Made by a program: the position numbers and the translations under genes. A DNA stretch of 64,000 bases from Sphaerodactylus townsendi (Eukaryota), in contig NC_059430.1 of assembly GCF_021028975.2 (NCBI RefSeq), positions 99,820,001-99,884,000 of the forward strand, read 5' to 3'. Positions 1 to 12,633 of this stretch are shown here, in pieces (the first letter of the stretch is position 1; each line of letters begins with the position of its first letter). The notes under the pieces are model-generated. The model searched no databases and had not been told where the DNA came from. It saw nothing but the letters and a program-made list of their open reading frames with translations.

Positions 1-185
1 GTGTGTGTGTGTGTGTGTTTATGGCTTGAGGGCAGAGAGAGGCCTTTTGAAAAGGAATCTTGGATGTAGAGGAATTTGACCTCTGCCTTTTCCCACTGCC
101 TCATAGCTCCTGCCTGGTCTGGAGTGTGGGAGGAGAGATCCCACAGCTATGTGAAAAAGAGATTCAAGGGGAAGAATACACCTCC

Positions 186-628
186 TTATATCAGAAGGCA
201 GGCAATGGCAAACCACCTTCCAACGTCTCTTGCCTTGAAAACCCTACTGCAGTGATGGCGAGATCGAGTGCCCAAACTACAACCCAAAACCCACTTATTT
301 ATCACAAAGTGCCAACACAGCAATTTAACCTGAATACTGAGGTTTTAGTTTAGGAAAAACTGTTGGCTTCAAGGCACGTGTTGCTCAGGTGTAAGCTTGG
401 TGATAGTCGGTGGCTTTGCTTTGAAGCAACCGTACAATGCTTCGAATGGGTGAATCACGACCCTAGGAGGGTTTACTCAGAAGCAAGCCCCCCACATGAC
501 AAACTCTGTGTGCACGTGCCCATGGAGAGGGCTCTGAGTGCCACCTCTGGCACCCGTGCCATAGGTTCGCCACCACTGCCCTACTGGGTCACCGTAAGTC
601 AGCTGTGTCTTGACGACGCACACACATG
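186..628 (+). mobile_element. Sauria-SINE/BovB-type 3' tail interrupted by a hAT insertion
   Basis: ggcaatggcaaaccacc...ttgccttgaaaaccctac...gggtcaccgtaagtcagc followed by an (AC)n tail. Confidence 0.65.
250..578 (-). mobile_element. Non-autonomous hAT (Charlie/hAT1-like) element inserted in a Sauria-SINE-like tail
   Basis: Ends CAGTGATGGCGA...GGTTCGCCACCACTG; exact 8-bp TSD CCCTACTG (242-249, 579-586); same family as 19106-19605 in opposite orientation. Confidence 0.85.
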
Positions 629-3007
629 TCAGAACAGGCAGGCTTCAGGACAAACAAACTTGTGAGAATGGTGGCGTGGAAGTGTACCATGTAGAGTTGC
701 CAGCTGGCAGAAGACAGGGGACAGAAACATGGGGATGGTGGAGAATTGACAGCATGACATCATCTCAAGGGGGAAACCCAGAAGTGATGCCACACCACTC
801 TAGAATCCAGTGGTTTACTATGATTTACCACAGAGATAAATTGTTACATGAATTCCACATATTTGGATCAAGTTAATTTTAAATGCAGTTATAAACATGC
901 TGTTTTTACCCATGTTTGCTGAGTTAGGTTCACACTACGCCTTGCCCAGGAGTCTCATGACCACAGTCTTTTTCTCCTCAACAGCCCCACATTTCACTGG
1001 AGGAAGGAGAGTTTCACCATTTCTCTGAATCCAACAGTCCCCCTCTTCTGAAAATGGCAGCATTTAGGGAATGACTGTCACAAATATACTGAGTTCTCCT
1101 GGATCCTTCTCTCTCTCTTCTTGGGTGCAGAATGACTGCAAACTTCTTGGTTTGGGAAGTCTTGAATCATGTGCAGGGTCACCAGACCATGCCTGGCGAC
1201 TGTTGGAAGTCTTGGGGACTGTGACATGGTGGCACTCAATGTCACATGCACCTTTGCATCACTTCCAGGGAAAACCTGGATGATGAAGGGTAGCTCTAGG
1301 AATTGCCTCTACATTTAACGATGCTGGTTTTTAAATATGTTTTTCTCTTGCTACCGCTTGGAGCCATTGGCAATGATATCAGTTCTGTGAAAACCCCAGA
1401 AGTGACATTATGCCTCTCTAGGAATAGCCAGAAAACTCTATGCTTTCCCCCTGAAGTGATATCACAACATAGGCACAGTCAGTGGCCATTTTTAATTTTT
1501 CTCCTTCTGTCACCCAGAGTGGGGGACTGGCTACCCTGAGCCGAGTCCAAACTAAGATTCTATCGCAATGGCGCCAGAGCATGGCTTAGATCCAGCAGGT
1601 GACAGAGCAGGACTTATTGGAGATGCCAGTTACCTGCCATGCCACTGATGACTGGGAGTGATCTAAGCCCCTGGTGTGCTTGGTGACTTCCTCATTGTCA
1701 GGGATGGCATGTCTACTAGGTGAACCTGGACAGTTGTCTAGGGAACCAGAGCTGCAGGGCCACCAAAGAGACAAATGGCTCCAGGCAGCTCCAAAATCCA
1801 TGCAGTGTGGCAGAGAGGGCTTTCCTATATAGAATTAAGTCCCACTCTACTTAATGCCAGGTAGCCACTTTGGCAATTAGCAGAATCCTTTACTGTGTTG
1901 TGAGGCCTTGCTGGCAACATGCTGACATCACTCCCACATGCCCAGAACTGACCATAGAGTTTTGCCCAAAGGCCAGATTGTCCCCAGCATCCCCCAACGA
2001 TATTCGGATGCTACTTCCAGGCATACGGGGAATAACGTCAGCTTGTTAGATGCAACTGATATCCCCTTTTCTGTTTCTGACTTTTTTGTTTTCGTTGGCC
2101 AGCTAAGGGACAGCAGGAAAGGGCCCACTAACAGCGGCGGATCCCCCCCTCAGCAGAGGCCAGTGGGGCTTGGTAAGCTGCCTTGGAGTCCCAGAACTGA
2201 CTCTTTGGTGAAGACAAACTTGTTTGTCACAGTGTCTGAATGCAGCTGAAACCAGTGACAACTGAGAATGCAGGGGTTATAGAAGATGTTTTCCCCCCTT
2301 GAAAAGCAGCAGAGGAGGAAAGAAGGGGAATTCTGTAGCTAAGGCAGCTGTTTCTCCATTCATTTGTCCCCCGTCCTGCTGATAGGAGAGGAGTTAAAAT
2401 ACTGTTCCCCCTCTGGTCTACTGCTTGCCGCTCAGCAGGCCTTGGAGGAGCGCTGGCTAACTCGACAGATCCGTAAAAGGAGAAGTCATTTAGTTTCTGC
2501 CGTTGGGTTGGGAAAGGAGGAGGCTTTTAACGTTTTTTTTAAAGTGGCTTCCAGCTAGGAGAAAAGCCAAGCGTTCTATGGTGTGCTGCTAATATTGGAC
2601 TTGGCATCAGGTCAAGGAGCCGGAAGATTCCGGAAGGTTCTGTGAAAGGGATTGTGGCCCTTTTCTAGCATTCGTAGGGCTGCCAGCTCCAGGATGGGAA
2701 ATACCTGGACATTTGAGAGGGGGTTGGAGCCTGAGGATGGTGGGGTTTGAGGAGGGGAAGGACTTCAGTGGGATATAATGCCACAGAGTCCACCTTCCGA
2801 AGTGGCAATTTTTTGTGGCCTGGACATCGTTGTAGTAGCAGGAGATCTCCAGGCACCATCTGGAGATTGACAGCCCTAAGCATTAGCCTTCAAACTGGGC
2901 ATGGGCATCCCTCTGTCATGAAGCTGCTTTAGAAAAAGGAGAGAGGACACCCAAGAAAGATCTCCGTAAGGATTTCTTCTTTAAAGCCACCTAGTCGAGT
3001 TCCTAGC

Positions 3008-3586
3008 CAGAGGTGGGATCCAGCAGGTTCTCACCAGTTCCCGAGAGTGGGTTACTAATTATTTGTGTGTGCCGAGAGGGGGTTACTAACTGGGTCTGCT
3101 TTTCCGTTAGAAATTCCATTAGGTCCAAAAATCATAAAGTCCTGCTGTTTCCTATGTGGCTGGTTAGCGAAGGTAGAAACAGGATAATTCTCCCTGTTGG
3201 GCTGTTTTAAAAACATGTTTTAGAAATATGGTAAAGTTCCTTGTTTAAGGAAAGTATCCTTCTTTTGATTTCTAGAAACAAAATTTATTTGAAAGTATTA
3301 AGTACTTGACAGGCAGTCAATTAGAGAAGAAGTAGTTGTTTCTGTTGGCAGTAGACGATAGGACTTGCTATAATGAGTTTAAATTATGGACAGAAAGATA
3401 CCAGCTGGAAATTAGGAACTTTTTTTTTACAGTAAGAGTTTTTTACAGTAACAGATAAATTATTAATCTGCCCACTTGAATGCCATTACGCCCAGAATAC
3501 TTAGCCCAGCCCCATTGGCGCTACGCCACTGTTTGAATCCCACCACCATGGGAACCTGTTGCTAAAATTTTTGGATCCCACCACTG
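3008..3586 (+). mobile_element. Non-autonomous hAT DNA transposon (579 bp)
   Basis: TIRs CAGAGGTGGGATCCA / TGGATCCCACCACTG; exact 8-bp TSD TTCCTAGC; closely similar inverted copy at 30855-31498. Confidence 0.9.
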
Positions 3587-5271
3587 TTCCTAGCCCATAT
3601 GATTTGACAGCTGTGCTACAAAAGGTCAAGCTATGTCTGACAGGGGGATTCTGTGACATAAAAAGGCAGCAATAGGGATCAGGACCACTAAACAGGAGAT
3701 ACCATGTTGCCAACCTCCAGGTGGGGCCTGGAAATCTCTCAGAATTACGACAGAGGTAGTTCTTTTGGAGGAAATGGTTGCTTTGGAGGGTGGACTATCT
3801 GGCATTGTACCCACTGAGGTCTCTCACCTCCTCAAACCCCACCTTCCTCAAGTTCCACCCCGCCCAAAAAAAATCTCCAGGAATATCCTAGCCTGGAGTT
3901 GTCAACTCTAGGAAGAGAGGAATTTGACTCTTCCCTGGAAGGCTTCATGGAAGGCCTGTAACTAACAGAAATCTAATTAATCACGTAGAACAGTAAAAGC
4001 AGCAGCATCAATTATGCAAGCTTGGCCAATTTGCATAATTTATACAAATCTATACATGGTTTAGATTTCCTCAGAGAGCCAAGTTCACAAAGAGGGGCCT
4101 GTATCTTTTCCTTTGCGTACGGAGATAGGGAGCTTGTAGGGGGATGGGACTTTTGGGAGTAGAAACTGCTGGCAGGGGGAAAAATATGCACCCGCTCCCC
4201 GACACTCCCTTCCGTTGTCACAGGGGATTGTCTTCGTTCTTCTGCAAAAAAGCTGGCTGCCTTGGTTGTGAATTTCATTGCCATGATTTAACCTAACTTA
4301 TTCTCTGGTTTGGGATCCAGGCCTACCTCAAGGAGCTTGATGGGTCTTAATGGCATGGGATCCCTCCATGAGCTTTGGCAGGTCACAAAAAATATATCAA
4401 AATTTGCAAAAAGCTAGAGACACCACAAGAGACCATCCCAGGTGCATGTGGATACAGACTATTTCCACATCAAATGTTTCTCTGTGCCTTTACTTCCAGA
4501 CTGGAGCGCCCTTTGGAATATTCAGATGTTACACTCCAGTTATCCAGTTGCCAGGGGTTAGCTGTTCATGTTCATATATACTTTATTGTGATCTTTATGT
4601 ACATAAATACATAATTTGCATGCATTAGCATGCTGCCTGGACAGGAAAGTTCACATTTTGTAAGACCTGTCTCAGGTTTGCCACCTCCAGGTTGGGAAAT
4701 ATCTGGAGAGAGCACAGGATTTGTGGGAAGACAAAGAACCTTCGTGGGATATAATGCCATAGAGTCTACCCTCCAAAGCTACCATTTCATCTAGCTGTGG
4801 TGGCGAACCTTTGGCACTCCAGATGTTATGGACTACAATTCCCATCAGCCCCTGCCAGCATGGCCAATTGGCCATGCTGGCGAGGGCAATGAGAGCAATT
4901 GTAGTCCCACTGTATCTGGATATAAAGGATCACTCCCTACTGATCTAGGGGAACTGATCTTTGGCATCTATAGATAGTTGTAATTCTGCAAGAGTTCCAG
5001 GTCCCACCTGGAGGTTGGTGACATGATCTCACCTCTCAGCACCATTTTCCTACCATGAGCCCCATCATATACACCACATTCCTCACCATGCCACTCAAGG
5101 GCTTTTGGGGGGCTCTTAAAAAAAAGTAATTACACAAGTGCTATAACATTATAGCACTATAAAAATTACAATTTTTAACAAAAACCTGGTATGGCAGAGG
5201 GAAAATGCAGGGGGAAATTGTGGTTGATGAACAAAAGCATGCAGAAAGCTGTGTGAGCACTTCGTAGCCAA

Positions 5272-5494
5272 NNNNNNNNNNNNNNNNNNNNNNNNNNNNN
5301 NNNNNNNNNNNNNNNNNNNNNNNNNNNNNNNNNNNNNNNNNNNNNNNNNNNNNNNNNNNNNNNNNNNNNNNNNNNNNNNNNNNNNNNNNNNNNNNNNNNN
5401 NNNNNNNNNNNNNNNNNNNNNNNNNNNNNNNNNNNNNNNNNNNNNNNNNNNNNNNNNNNNNNNNNNNNNNNNNNNNNNNNNNNNNNNNNNNNNN
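5272..5494. other. Assembly gap (N run)
   Basis: 223 N. Confidence 1.
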
Positions 5495-6688
5495 ACCCCC
5501 GAAGGGCTCCGGACGGTGTACACCAGGCCAGAAACAGTATTACATACAATAGGCCAAAACAATAAACAATAGAATCCACAAACATAAATGCAGAACACAG
5601 GTTCCTCCTTGTGTGGATGCCGCTACAGGGACAGAGCGGAAAGTTTATAGCTAGCTGCAGCTGTTAGGAATCTCCACGAATTGCTGTTTGGGAAACTGAT
5701 TTGTGATTAGTAGTTGTGCTGCCAGCTCTGGGAATAATTGTTGTTGTTGTTGTTATTCGATTTGGCATATCACTCTACCCCCGAAGGGCTCTGAGTGGTG
5801 TACAGTAGAATCTGTTAGCCTCCAGTGTCTAGCTTACATGCTTGTCAGTAAAGCATTTTTTTTAAAAAACAAAAAGATAACATCTAGCCCTACTCCAGCC
5901 TTTCCAAAGGAAACTAAATGCTGTCATCTAACTTTTTCGCTACTCAGGGAAGCAGGAAATACTAACAATACATTTACAATACTAACAATACATTTACAGT
6001 GCTGCGCTGAGCAAACCACCAGAGGACCTGCCATATTTACCCTGTTCACCACACCCCTTTCGCCAAGCAATTCAAAGTTCAGGGCTCATCTTGGCAAGGC
6101 CGGTTTCCGTCCGAGTTGAGAACATTGGAAATTCCTGGTGTCCTTATAAAAATATGCTTGTAAACAAATGGACAGATTTGAAAGGAATCTGAGGTGGAAG
6201 CCAGCCAGCACGGTCTGGTTCCAGATTACAGTCAGTGTGTCAGACCCTATGACAGGTATAAATAGCTTGTGTTTTATCCTGGGTTGCTGTTGGGCTGGTG
6301 TTTCAGTCTGCAAAGTCTTCATCATACTTTCCTTCACAACAGTCCTCTGAAGTAGATCACTAATAGTTCCATTTTACACACAGGCAACTCACTTCGTTGC
6401 CTTAAACAAACTGGTGTCACTTAGCCTTGGCTACCTTTCTTCAATATGGGGATAATTAGACTGTCCAACCTTGCAGGGCTAATGTAAGCACAGTGAAGAT
6501 AATGTCTGTGATATGCTACAATGCTGAGAAGCAGAGAAAATCAGCTGAAATTAATTCAGTGTTGCTGTCTTCTGGCATGATTGTCTATAAATCTAGACTT
6601 CCAGAAATATTATGAATTCTGTCTTGCAACAAGCCCCTTCTCCCCTTGTGGTTTCATGCCTGATTCTTACCATTTCTTCTTTCCTCAG

Positions 6689-6781
6689 CACTTGCAGTGG
6701 AAATGGGCAGTGGGACTGTGAAAGCCATGCCTGCCTTCTGAACGGGGAACTGATCGATGCTGTCAACAGAGGGAATTATGG
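6689..6781 (+). CDS. TINAGL1: TINAGL1 coding exon (about human exon 4): (C)TCSGNGQWDCESHACLLNGELIDAVNRGNYG
   Basis: ttcctcag acceptor and GG|gtacga donor; 93 nt; matches recalled human CTCQENRQWQCDQEPCLVDPDMIKAINQGNYG. Confidence 0.93.
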
Positions 6782-7067
6782 GTACGAACTTCATGCTGAA
6801 AGCTTTAAGAAATCCAGCTGGACATGGGCCTTGGGGTGACTGCTCAAATTGGTGGTGCACCAGAAAGTTTTCTGTTGCATGGTGACTCAAAAAATGGGGT
6901 GTGTAGTTCCTCAGGAGAATGAAGTTCTGGTGTTTGCACTTAATAGGAGACGGTTTTGAGATCTAGAGTAGGATTTGGATGCAGACTGTGACCATGAGCA
7001 CAGAAACAGAAATGCTAGAGCTCAACCTTTTTTGAGCCTGCATCTACCTTTGGAATACTTACAAAGA

Positions 7068-7175
7068 GAGGTGAAGCCAGTCCAAAATGGCTGTCACAGG
7101 AGGTGGAGCCAGTCCAAAATGGCTGTCACAGGAGGTGGAGCCAGTCCAAAATGGCTGTCACAGGAGGTGGAGCCA
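7068..7175 (+). repeat. 32-bp tandem repeat, about 3.4 copies
   Basis: Unit GAGGTGGAGCCAGTCCAAAATGGCTGTCACAG. Confidence 0.95.
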
Positions 7176-7197
7176 ATAAAAATGTCTGGAGTGAGTT

Positions 7198-7392
7198 CAT
7201 AAGAACATAAGAAGAGCCATACTGAATCAGGCCAGTACTTCTTCTAGTCCAACGTCCTGTCTCACACAGTGACTGACAGTTCCTCTGAAAATCCAACAAC
7301 AGAGTATAGCATTCGAGACCTTCCCCTGATGTTGCCTCCTGGCACTGGTATTCAGAGGTTTACTGTATGTTAATGTGGAGGTTCCCTTTAGC
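7198..7392 (-). mobile_element. CR1 3' UTR fragment; others near 21860-22030 (+) and 36940-37160 (-)
   Basis: Begins cataagaacataagaagagcc, the reverse complement of the CR1 tail. Confidence 0.7.
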
Positions 7393-7617
7393 TCTAATAG
7401 TAACTCTTCAACATTTCAGGTTTGATATGATACCTTTTTTAAAAAATTCAGAGATAGCATTGTTGGTCTGCTGTGGAACATCTAGATTTGAGTCAGGTAG
7501 CACCTTAGAGGCTAAGGAGATTTTCTAGGTATGAGCTTTTGAGAGTCAAAGTTTCCTTCACCTGCTGGGAGGAGAAACGTAAGAGGCAGCATATGGTGCT
7601 ACTGTCAGTTCTGTAGT

Positions 7618-7819
7618 TAGGGTTGCCAGTCTCCAGGTGGGGCCTGGGGATCTGCCAAAAAAGTACAATTGATGAGATGAAGGAGATTGAGTCCCCTGGG
7701 GAAAATGGCTGCTTTGGAGGGTGGACTCTATGCCATTTTACTCCACTGAAGTCTTTCCCAACCCTGAGGCTTCACTCCCAAATTTCCAGGAATTTCCCAA
7801 CCTGGAGATGGCAACTCTA
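7618..7819 (+). mobile_element. hAT (Blackjack-like) MITE; older copies near 2667-2878, 3704-3910, 4675-5025, 10285-10485, 10717-11250, 13645-13830, 17235-17415, 22039-22259 and 37180-37507
   Basis: TIRs TAGGGTTGCCA / TGGCAACTCTA; TSD TCTGTAGT/TCTGCAGT; shared interior gaaaatggctgctttggagggtggactctatg. Confidence 0.8.
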
Positions 7820-7977
7820 TCTGCAGTGAAAGGGCACTGTTGGAGAGTATTCTGCTAGGAAGGCGGGGCTGAAGGGTTTGGTGACATCCATACCACATGC
7901 TAGAGAAGAAAGCTAGACATCTGCTGTTTTTGTGGGGCTGTTTATTGGAGAGGTTGCTGGAGCCATTGTGAAGCCAC

Positions 7978-8126
7978 TGGGCCCGTTCTACACATGCAGA
8001 ATAATGCACTTTCAATCCATTTCACGACTGCAAGTGGATTTTGCTATTCTACACAGTAAAATCCAGCTGCAAAGTGCATTGAAAGTGGGTTGAAAGTGCA
8101 TAATTCTGCTTGTGAGGAAGGGGCCC
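7978..8126. mobile_element. Palindromic MITE, possibly PIF/Harbinger-type; fragments near 23378-23520 and 38360-38417
   Basis: gggcccgttctacacatgcagaataatgcactttcaa ... ttgaaagtgcataattctgcttgtgaggaaggggccc. Confidence 0.6.
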
Positions 8127-8235
8127 ACAAGAGGGCAAGGACAGCCATGGAAGGAGGGGGAATATCCCGAGCAAGGGGACCGTGCTAAACATCACCACCT
8201 TATCCAAATGTCTTCCTCTCCAACCCTTTCCGTAG

Positions 8236-8350
8236 CTGGACAGCATCCAACTACAGCCAGTTCTGGGGCTTGACTCTGGAAGAGGGGATCCAGTACCGGC
8301 TGGGCACCATCAAGCCTCCCACGGCCGTCATGAATATGAACGAGCTGCAT
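8236..8350 (+). CDS. TINAGL1: TINAGL1 coding exon: [38 protein letters not shown]
   Basis: ccgtag acceptor and gtaagt donor; 115 nt; phase fits the previous exon; matches human WQAGNHSAFWGMTLDEGIRYRLGTI. Confidence 0.95.
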
Positions 8351-8716
8351 GTAAGTCTCGCTTGGCACACGCTGCCAGTGCACAGCAGCATCGAAGGATG
8401 CATGAGCAAAGGGCAGTCATGAGACCCACATGGCGCAGTGACCAAGAATCTGAGCTCTAAAATCAAGATATTTCTGCTTTAACCCTTTCATCTGCTGGGG
8501 TTGCTGGGGTGGGGGGTGGGGAGACAAAGGGCACCAAATTTTAAGCTCTGCAGACCTGGGAACGGTTCTGTTTGGGATAAAATTGGTCTACATGTTCTAA
8601 TCAAGCATCTTCAGAGTGTGAGGGTAATGACTGCTGGCAATGATTCTCAGCAGCCCCGAACAGAAAATTGCTACACAGCCATAGTTTCAGGTGGGTGGCA
8701 GTGTTGGCCTGTGGCA

Positions 8717-8933
8717 GAAGAGCAAGATTCAAGTCCAGCAGCACAGGAAAGACCAGTAAGACTTCCAGGGTATAAGCTTCTGAGGGTCAAAGCTCCCTTT
8801 GTTGGATCCAAGGAGATGCAAAGCTCCCTTCATCATTCCTACTTGTATCTGTCAAAGGGAGGTTTGGCTTTTGAAAGCTTATACTCTGGAAACCTTGGTG
8901 GTCTTTCAGGTGCTACTGGACAAATCTTGCTCT
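8717..8933. mobile_element. Inverted pair of Penelope-like terminal repeat fragments
   Basis: About 80-bp inverted arms (agagcaagattc...gtcaaagctccc / gggaggtttggcttttgaaagc...aatcttgctct); related pieces near 7450-7560 and 57245-57670. Confidence 0.55.
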
Positions 8934-10783
8934 GAATAGACTGGAGCAAGCTGTTTTCTCTCTGTCTCTCAGTCACTGTCTCAAGCTGCGATACTGGGAT
9001 GATAGCACAGTCCTACCTTACAGGATTGTTGTGAGAAACAGATCAGATGATAATACATTTCTGAAATGTTTTCAACATTTCATCTAAACTATGCATTTTG
9101 GTGGTAGTTCCCAAATGTGTCATGAGCAGTCATTTACTTAGAGTGCCCTATGAGCCCATAGCAGCTGTACTCAGAAAAGGCTGACTTCTCTTGGTTCCCC
9201 TCTAAGGCCTCCTTTCAGTCAACATGCGCCGGGGATGGGCAGTTTTGCCACATTCAACCACTACAAGTATCTAGCAGTATTACCTGCCCTTAGAGGAGGC
9301 TTCATGCTGTATCTCTGAATGAGTCAGTACTCTGGAACAGTACCTCATTCAGGGCGAGGAATCTTCTGCAACTGGGTTATACCTAACTTCTGAATTTTAA
9401 CACAGTTTCATCTAGTAGGGATTTGGGAAATGCTGCCTTAGGACCAAAAGCTTGTTCCTTTTTTAAAAGGGAAAGTTGTGGGTTTTAATCAGCTGTCACC
9501 TGCACCCTTTGCTACTTTCTCTGCTTTGTGGAATCTTGGAAGACAATCCCGGGGTGTCTGTTCCCAGTCTGGAGGTCTAATCAGCAGGAGGAGATCACTT
9601 GTACTTTTTTTGGAGGAGGGAGATCTTTGTATGTATGTGGCTTTGCTAAAACAGGAATGTGGCGGGGGGATAGGGGGAGAGTGGCAGAAAAGTTTGCAAC
9701 CAACCCTGACTCAGCAACTGCCTTCATCCATTTGCACCCCAGGGGGATGTTCTTTCGGTTGGCCTGTGTTGTTTTTTCCCACTGGAAAGCAGCTTGCATG
9801 ACTCTCTGGGAAGGCAGCAAGCCCTCAGGAGGACATTAGCTAATGCCACCGAGTCAGCAGAACTGGGGCGCCACTTGATTTCCCTGGATTTAAAGGAAGC
9901 CCCTCTAAAGCAAACATTGGGGCCAGCCAATGACGGAAATATGAAAGGATGGAAGAGGCTGGCTCCCTTTTTGGATCAAGGAAATGGGAAAGGGGCTTCA
10001 AAGATGCTCCTTTTTTTCAGCAAAGGGAAAAACAAGACCTTGTCCGTCAAGCCAAGAATTCAAGTTGTCAGCTAGCGGATGTCATGTCAACTCCGTGTGC
10101 TATTCTTGGCTGCTCAGGAGTGGATCAAAGGGTCTTGAGTTCCCTACAAGGAGCCACACACTGCCTTTCATGGACTCCAAACCAAGTCCTAGCAATGCAA
10201 GCCAATATTTTGGACTCCGGAAAGCTATACCCATCACCCTCTTCCACACTGCTGCTAACTGGCAGATAGGCGAGTCCTGATGGTGTGTTATCTAGGTGGG
10301 GCTGGAGTTTCCCCAGAATTACCACTTCTCTCCAGAGATCAGTTCCCTTAGAGAAAACGGTACCTTTGGAGCATGAACTCTATGACATTATACCTGGGGA
10401 AGTCCCTCCCTACCCCAAACTCTGACCTCCTCAAGTTCCAGCCCCAAATCTCCAGGAATTTCCCAACCCATAGTTGGCAACCTTTGACCTTGTTGGTGGA
10501 CTGGGGTGCTCTAAGCAGTTCTTTGAAGAAATGACCCAGTCTTATTGCTGCTGTGTGGGTCCGCAGGGGAGGCACAACATTCTATACCAAGAGAGAAAAA
10601 AGTATAGAGTCAGAAGTATTGGGGGGGAGGGGGTGACATCTCACAGACAAGACTAAGGTAGATGTACAAGCCTTCACTTGCAGTACACTGGATGGGTGCT
10701 CAATTAGCTGTGTGGTTGGGGTTGCCAACTCTGGGTTGGGAAATACCTGTAGATTTGGGTGGGGGGTGGAGACAGGATTTAGG

Positions 10784-11083
10784 GAAGAAGAAGAAAAAGA
10801 GTTTGGATTTATATCCCGCCTTTCTCTCCTGCAGGAGACTCAAAGGTGCTTACAATCTCCTTGCCCTTCCCCCCTCACAACAAACACCCTGTGAGGTAGG
10901 TGGGGCTGAGAGAGCTCCGAGAAGCTGTGACTAGCCCAAGGTCACCCAGCTGGCGTGTGTGGGAGTGTACAGGCTAATCTGAATTCCCCAGATAAGCCTC
11001 CACAGGTCAGGCAGCAGAGCTGGGAATCCGGTTCCTCCAGATTAGATACATGAGCTCTTAACCACCTACGCCACTGCTGCTCC
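10784..11083 (-). mobile_element. Squam3-like tRNA-derived SINE
   Basis: Reverse complement of the 57276-57591 family; (CTT)n tail; A/B-box head. Confidence 0.85.
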
Positions 11084-11384
11084 TCAGCAGTTTATAATAC
11101 TGTAAAGTGCACCTTCCAGAGTAGCTATTTCATAGAATCATAGAGTTGGAAGAGACCCCAAGGGCCATCAAGTCCAACCCCCTGCAACGTAGGACAGAGG
11201 AAATGATCTTGATCATCTGGAGATCAGCTGTAATAGTAGGAGATCTCCAGGTAAGGGAGCACATTGGATCCATGTTTATTGAATTTGAATTTCTGAAGAA
11301 CCATTTTAGATTCTGTTTTTTCTTTCTCTTTCAGTTGTCCTCCTTTCTCCATCTTTTGATGGAACTTTCTTTTATGAACTGACT

Positions 11385-11552
11385 GTTGTGCGTTTTCCAG
11401 GCGGTGTGGCTGTGTGGGCTGTTAGTTTTTGCTCCTAACGTTTCACCCACATCTATGGCTGGGCAAAACATTAGAAGCAAAAACAACCAGACCACGGCCA
11501 CACAGCCTGGAAAACCTACAACAGCCAGTTAATTCCAGCCGTGAAAGCCTTA
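11385..11552. mobile_element. Penelope-like fragment in inverted arrangement
   Basis: ttttccaggc..gtggctgtgtgg..ctaacgtttc paired with ccacggccacacagcctggaaaacc..ttccagccgtgaaagcctt, resembling recalled squamate Penelope ends. Confidence 0.6.
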
Positions 11553-12633
11553 CATTTCTTTTATGACTTTCACAGTGATACAGTATTTCTTAACAACCTG
11601 GAGTTGGCTTAGAATGAGAAAGACTGGGATTTGTTCTTGGGCTTCTTCAAATATAGAGCCCAGATCAAGACTTCCTGGTTCTTGAAGTCTTCGGCCTAAT
11701 CATAGTTTGTTCTGAGGTTATGGATTACAAGGTCCATGCTGGTAACTGATGGGAGGTTTAGGATTCTGGTTTGGGGGTGGCGATCGACACAATGCTGTCA
11801 CTTCTGGTTTATGTGGAAGTGATGGAATTGTACCAGGGGGATACTCTAGCACTCATGAAAATATGGTTTCGATAGATTTTTTTTCAAGTGATAGAGCAGT
11901 CCTCCCCTGGTGCAATGCCAGCATTATCGCATAGACCAGAAGTGATGTCATCATGTAGGTGACACCAATCACTCCCCCTCCTTTCCCCCAGCCTGCTTCC
12001 ACCTGCCCATCAGCTGAGTATCAACGGGCAGCAGAAGGAATCGGTGGGCAATTGCCTTCCATTACTGGGCCGTTAGGAACAATATCTGAGATCCAAATTT
12101 GGCATCTGTAACCAATCAGAAGTTGTTTCTTGTCCACCAACTGAGATTCTAAACTGGTATTAAACCATCATTTAGAATTCTGAGAAACAATGAGGGCTGA
12201 AGAAGTTCTATCAATTATGTGAGGGCCTCCTTTAGGATAAGCTGGAGAAATGATACTGTCGATTTGGTGAGCTGAGAAAGTAGAACTAAGATCTGAGAGA
12301 CTGAGGTTTGAGCCCTAGCTCTGCCAGGGAAGATTTCTGGGTAATTTGGGCTAGTCACATGCTCTCAGGCTATCCTACCTCACAGGGCTGTTGTGAAGAG
12401 GAGAGATGAATGATGTCAGCTGCTTCCGGTCCCCAGTGGGGAAATAGGCAGGGCATACACCAAGTCAATAACTAAACAAATAATGAAGTCACCAAACAAG
12501 GGGGGAGCACATCCATTGTTAGAAGGCTATGAAATAAGTATCTTTAGCTTGTTCCTGCTGGGATTCCCCAGAATGGTTTTCTGCTCCTTAACTGATTAGT
12601 TTTCTTGTTTCCTCTGCTTGTTCTTTCTTCCAG

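Noticed and set aside
7068-7175. CRISPR-like 32-bp repeats
   Set aside because: They are directly tandem with no spacers and sit in a eukaryotic intron.
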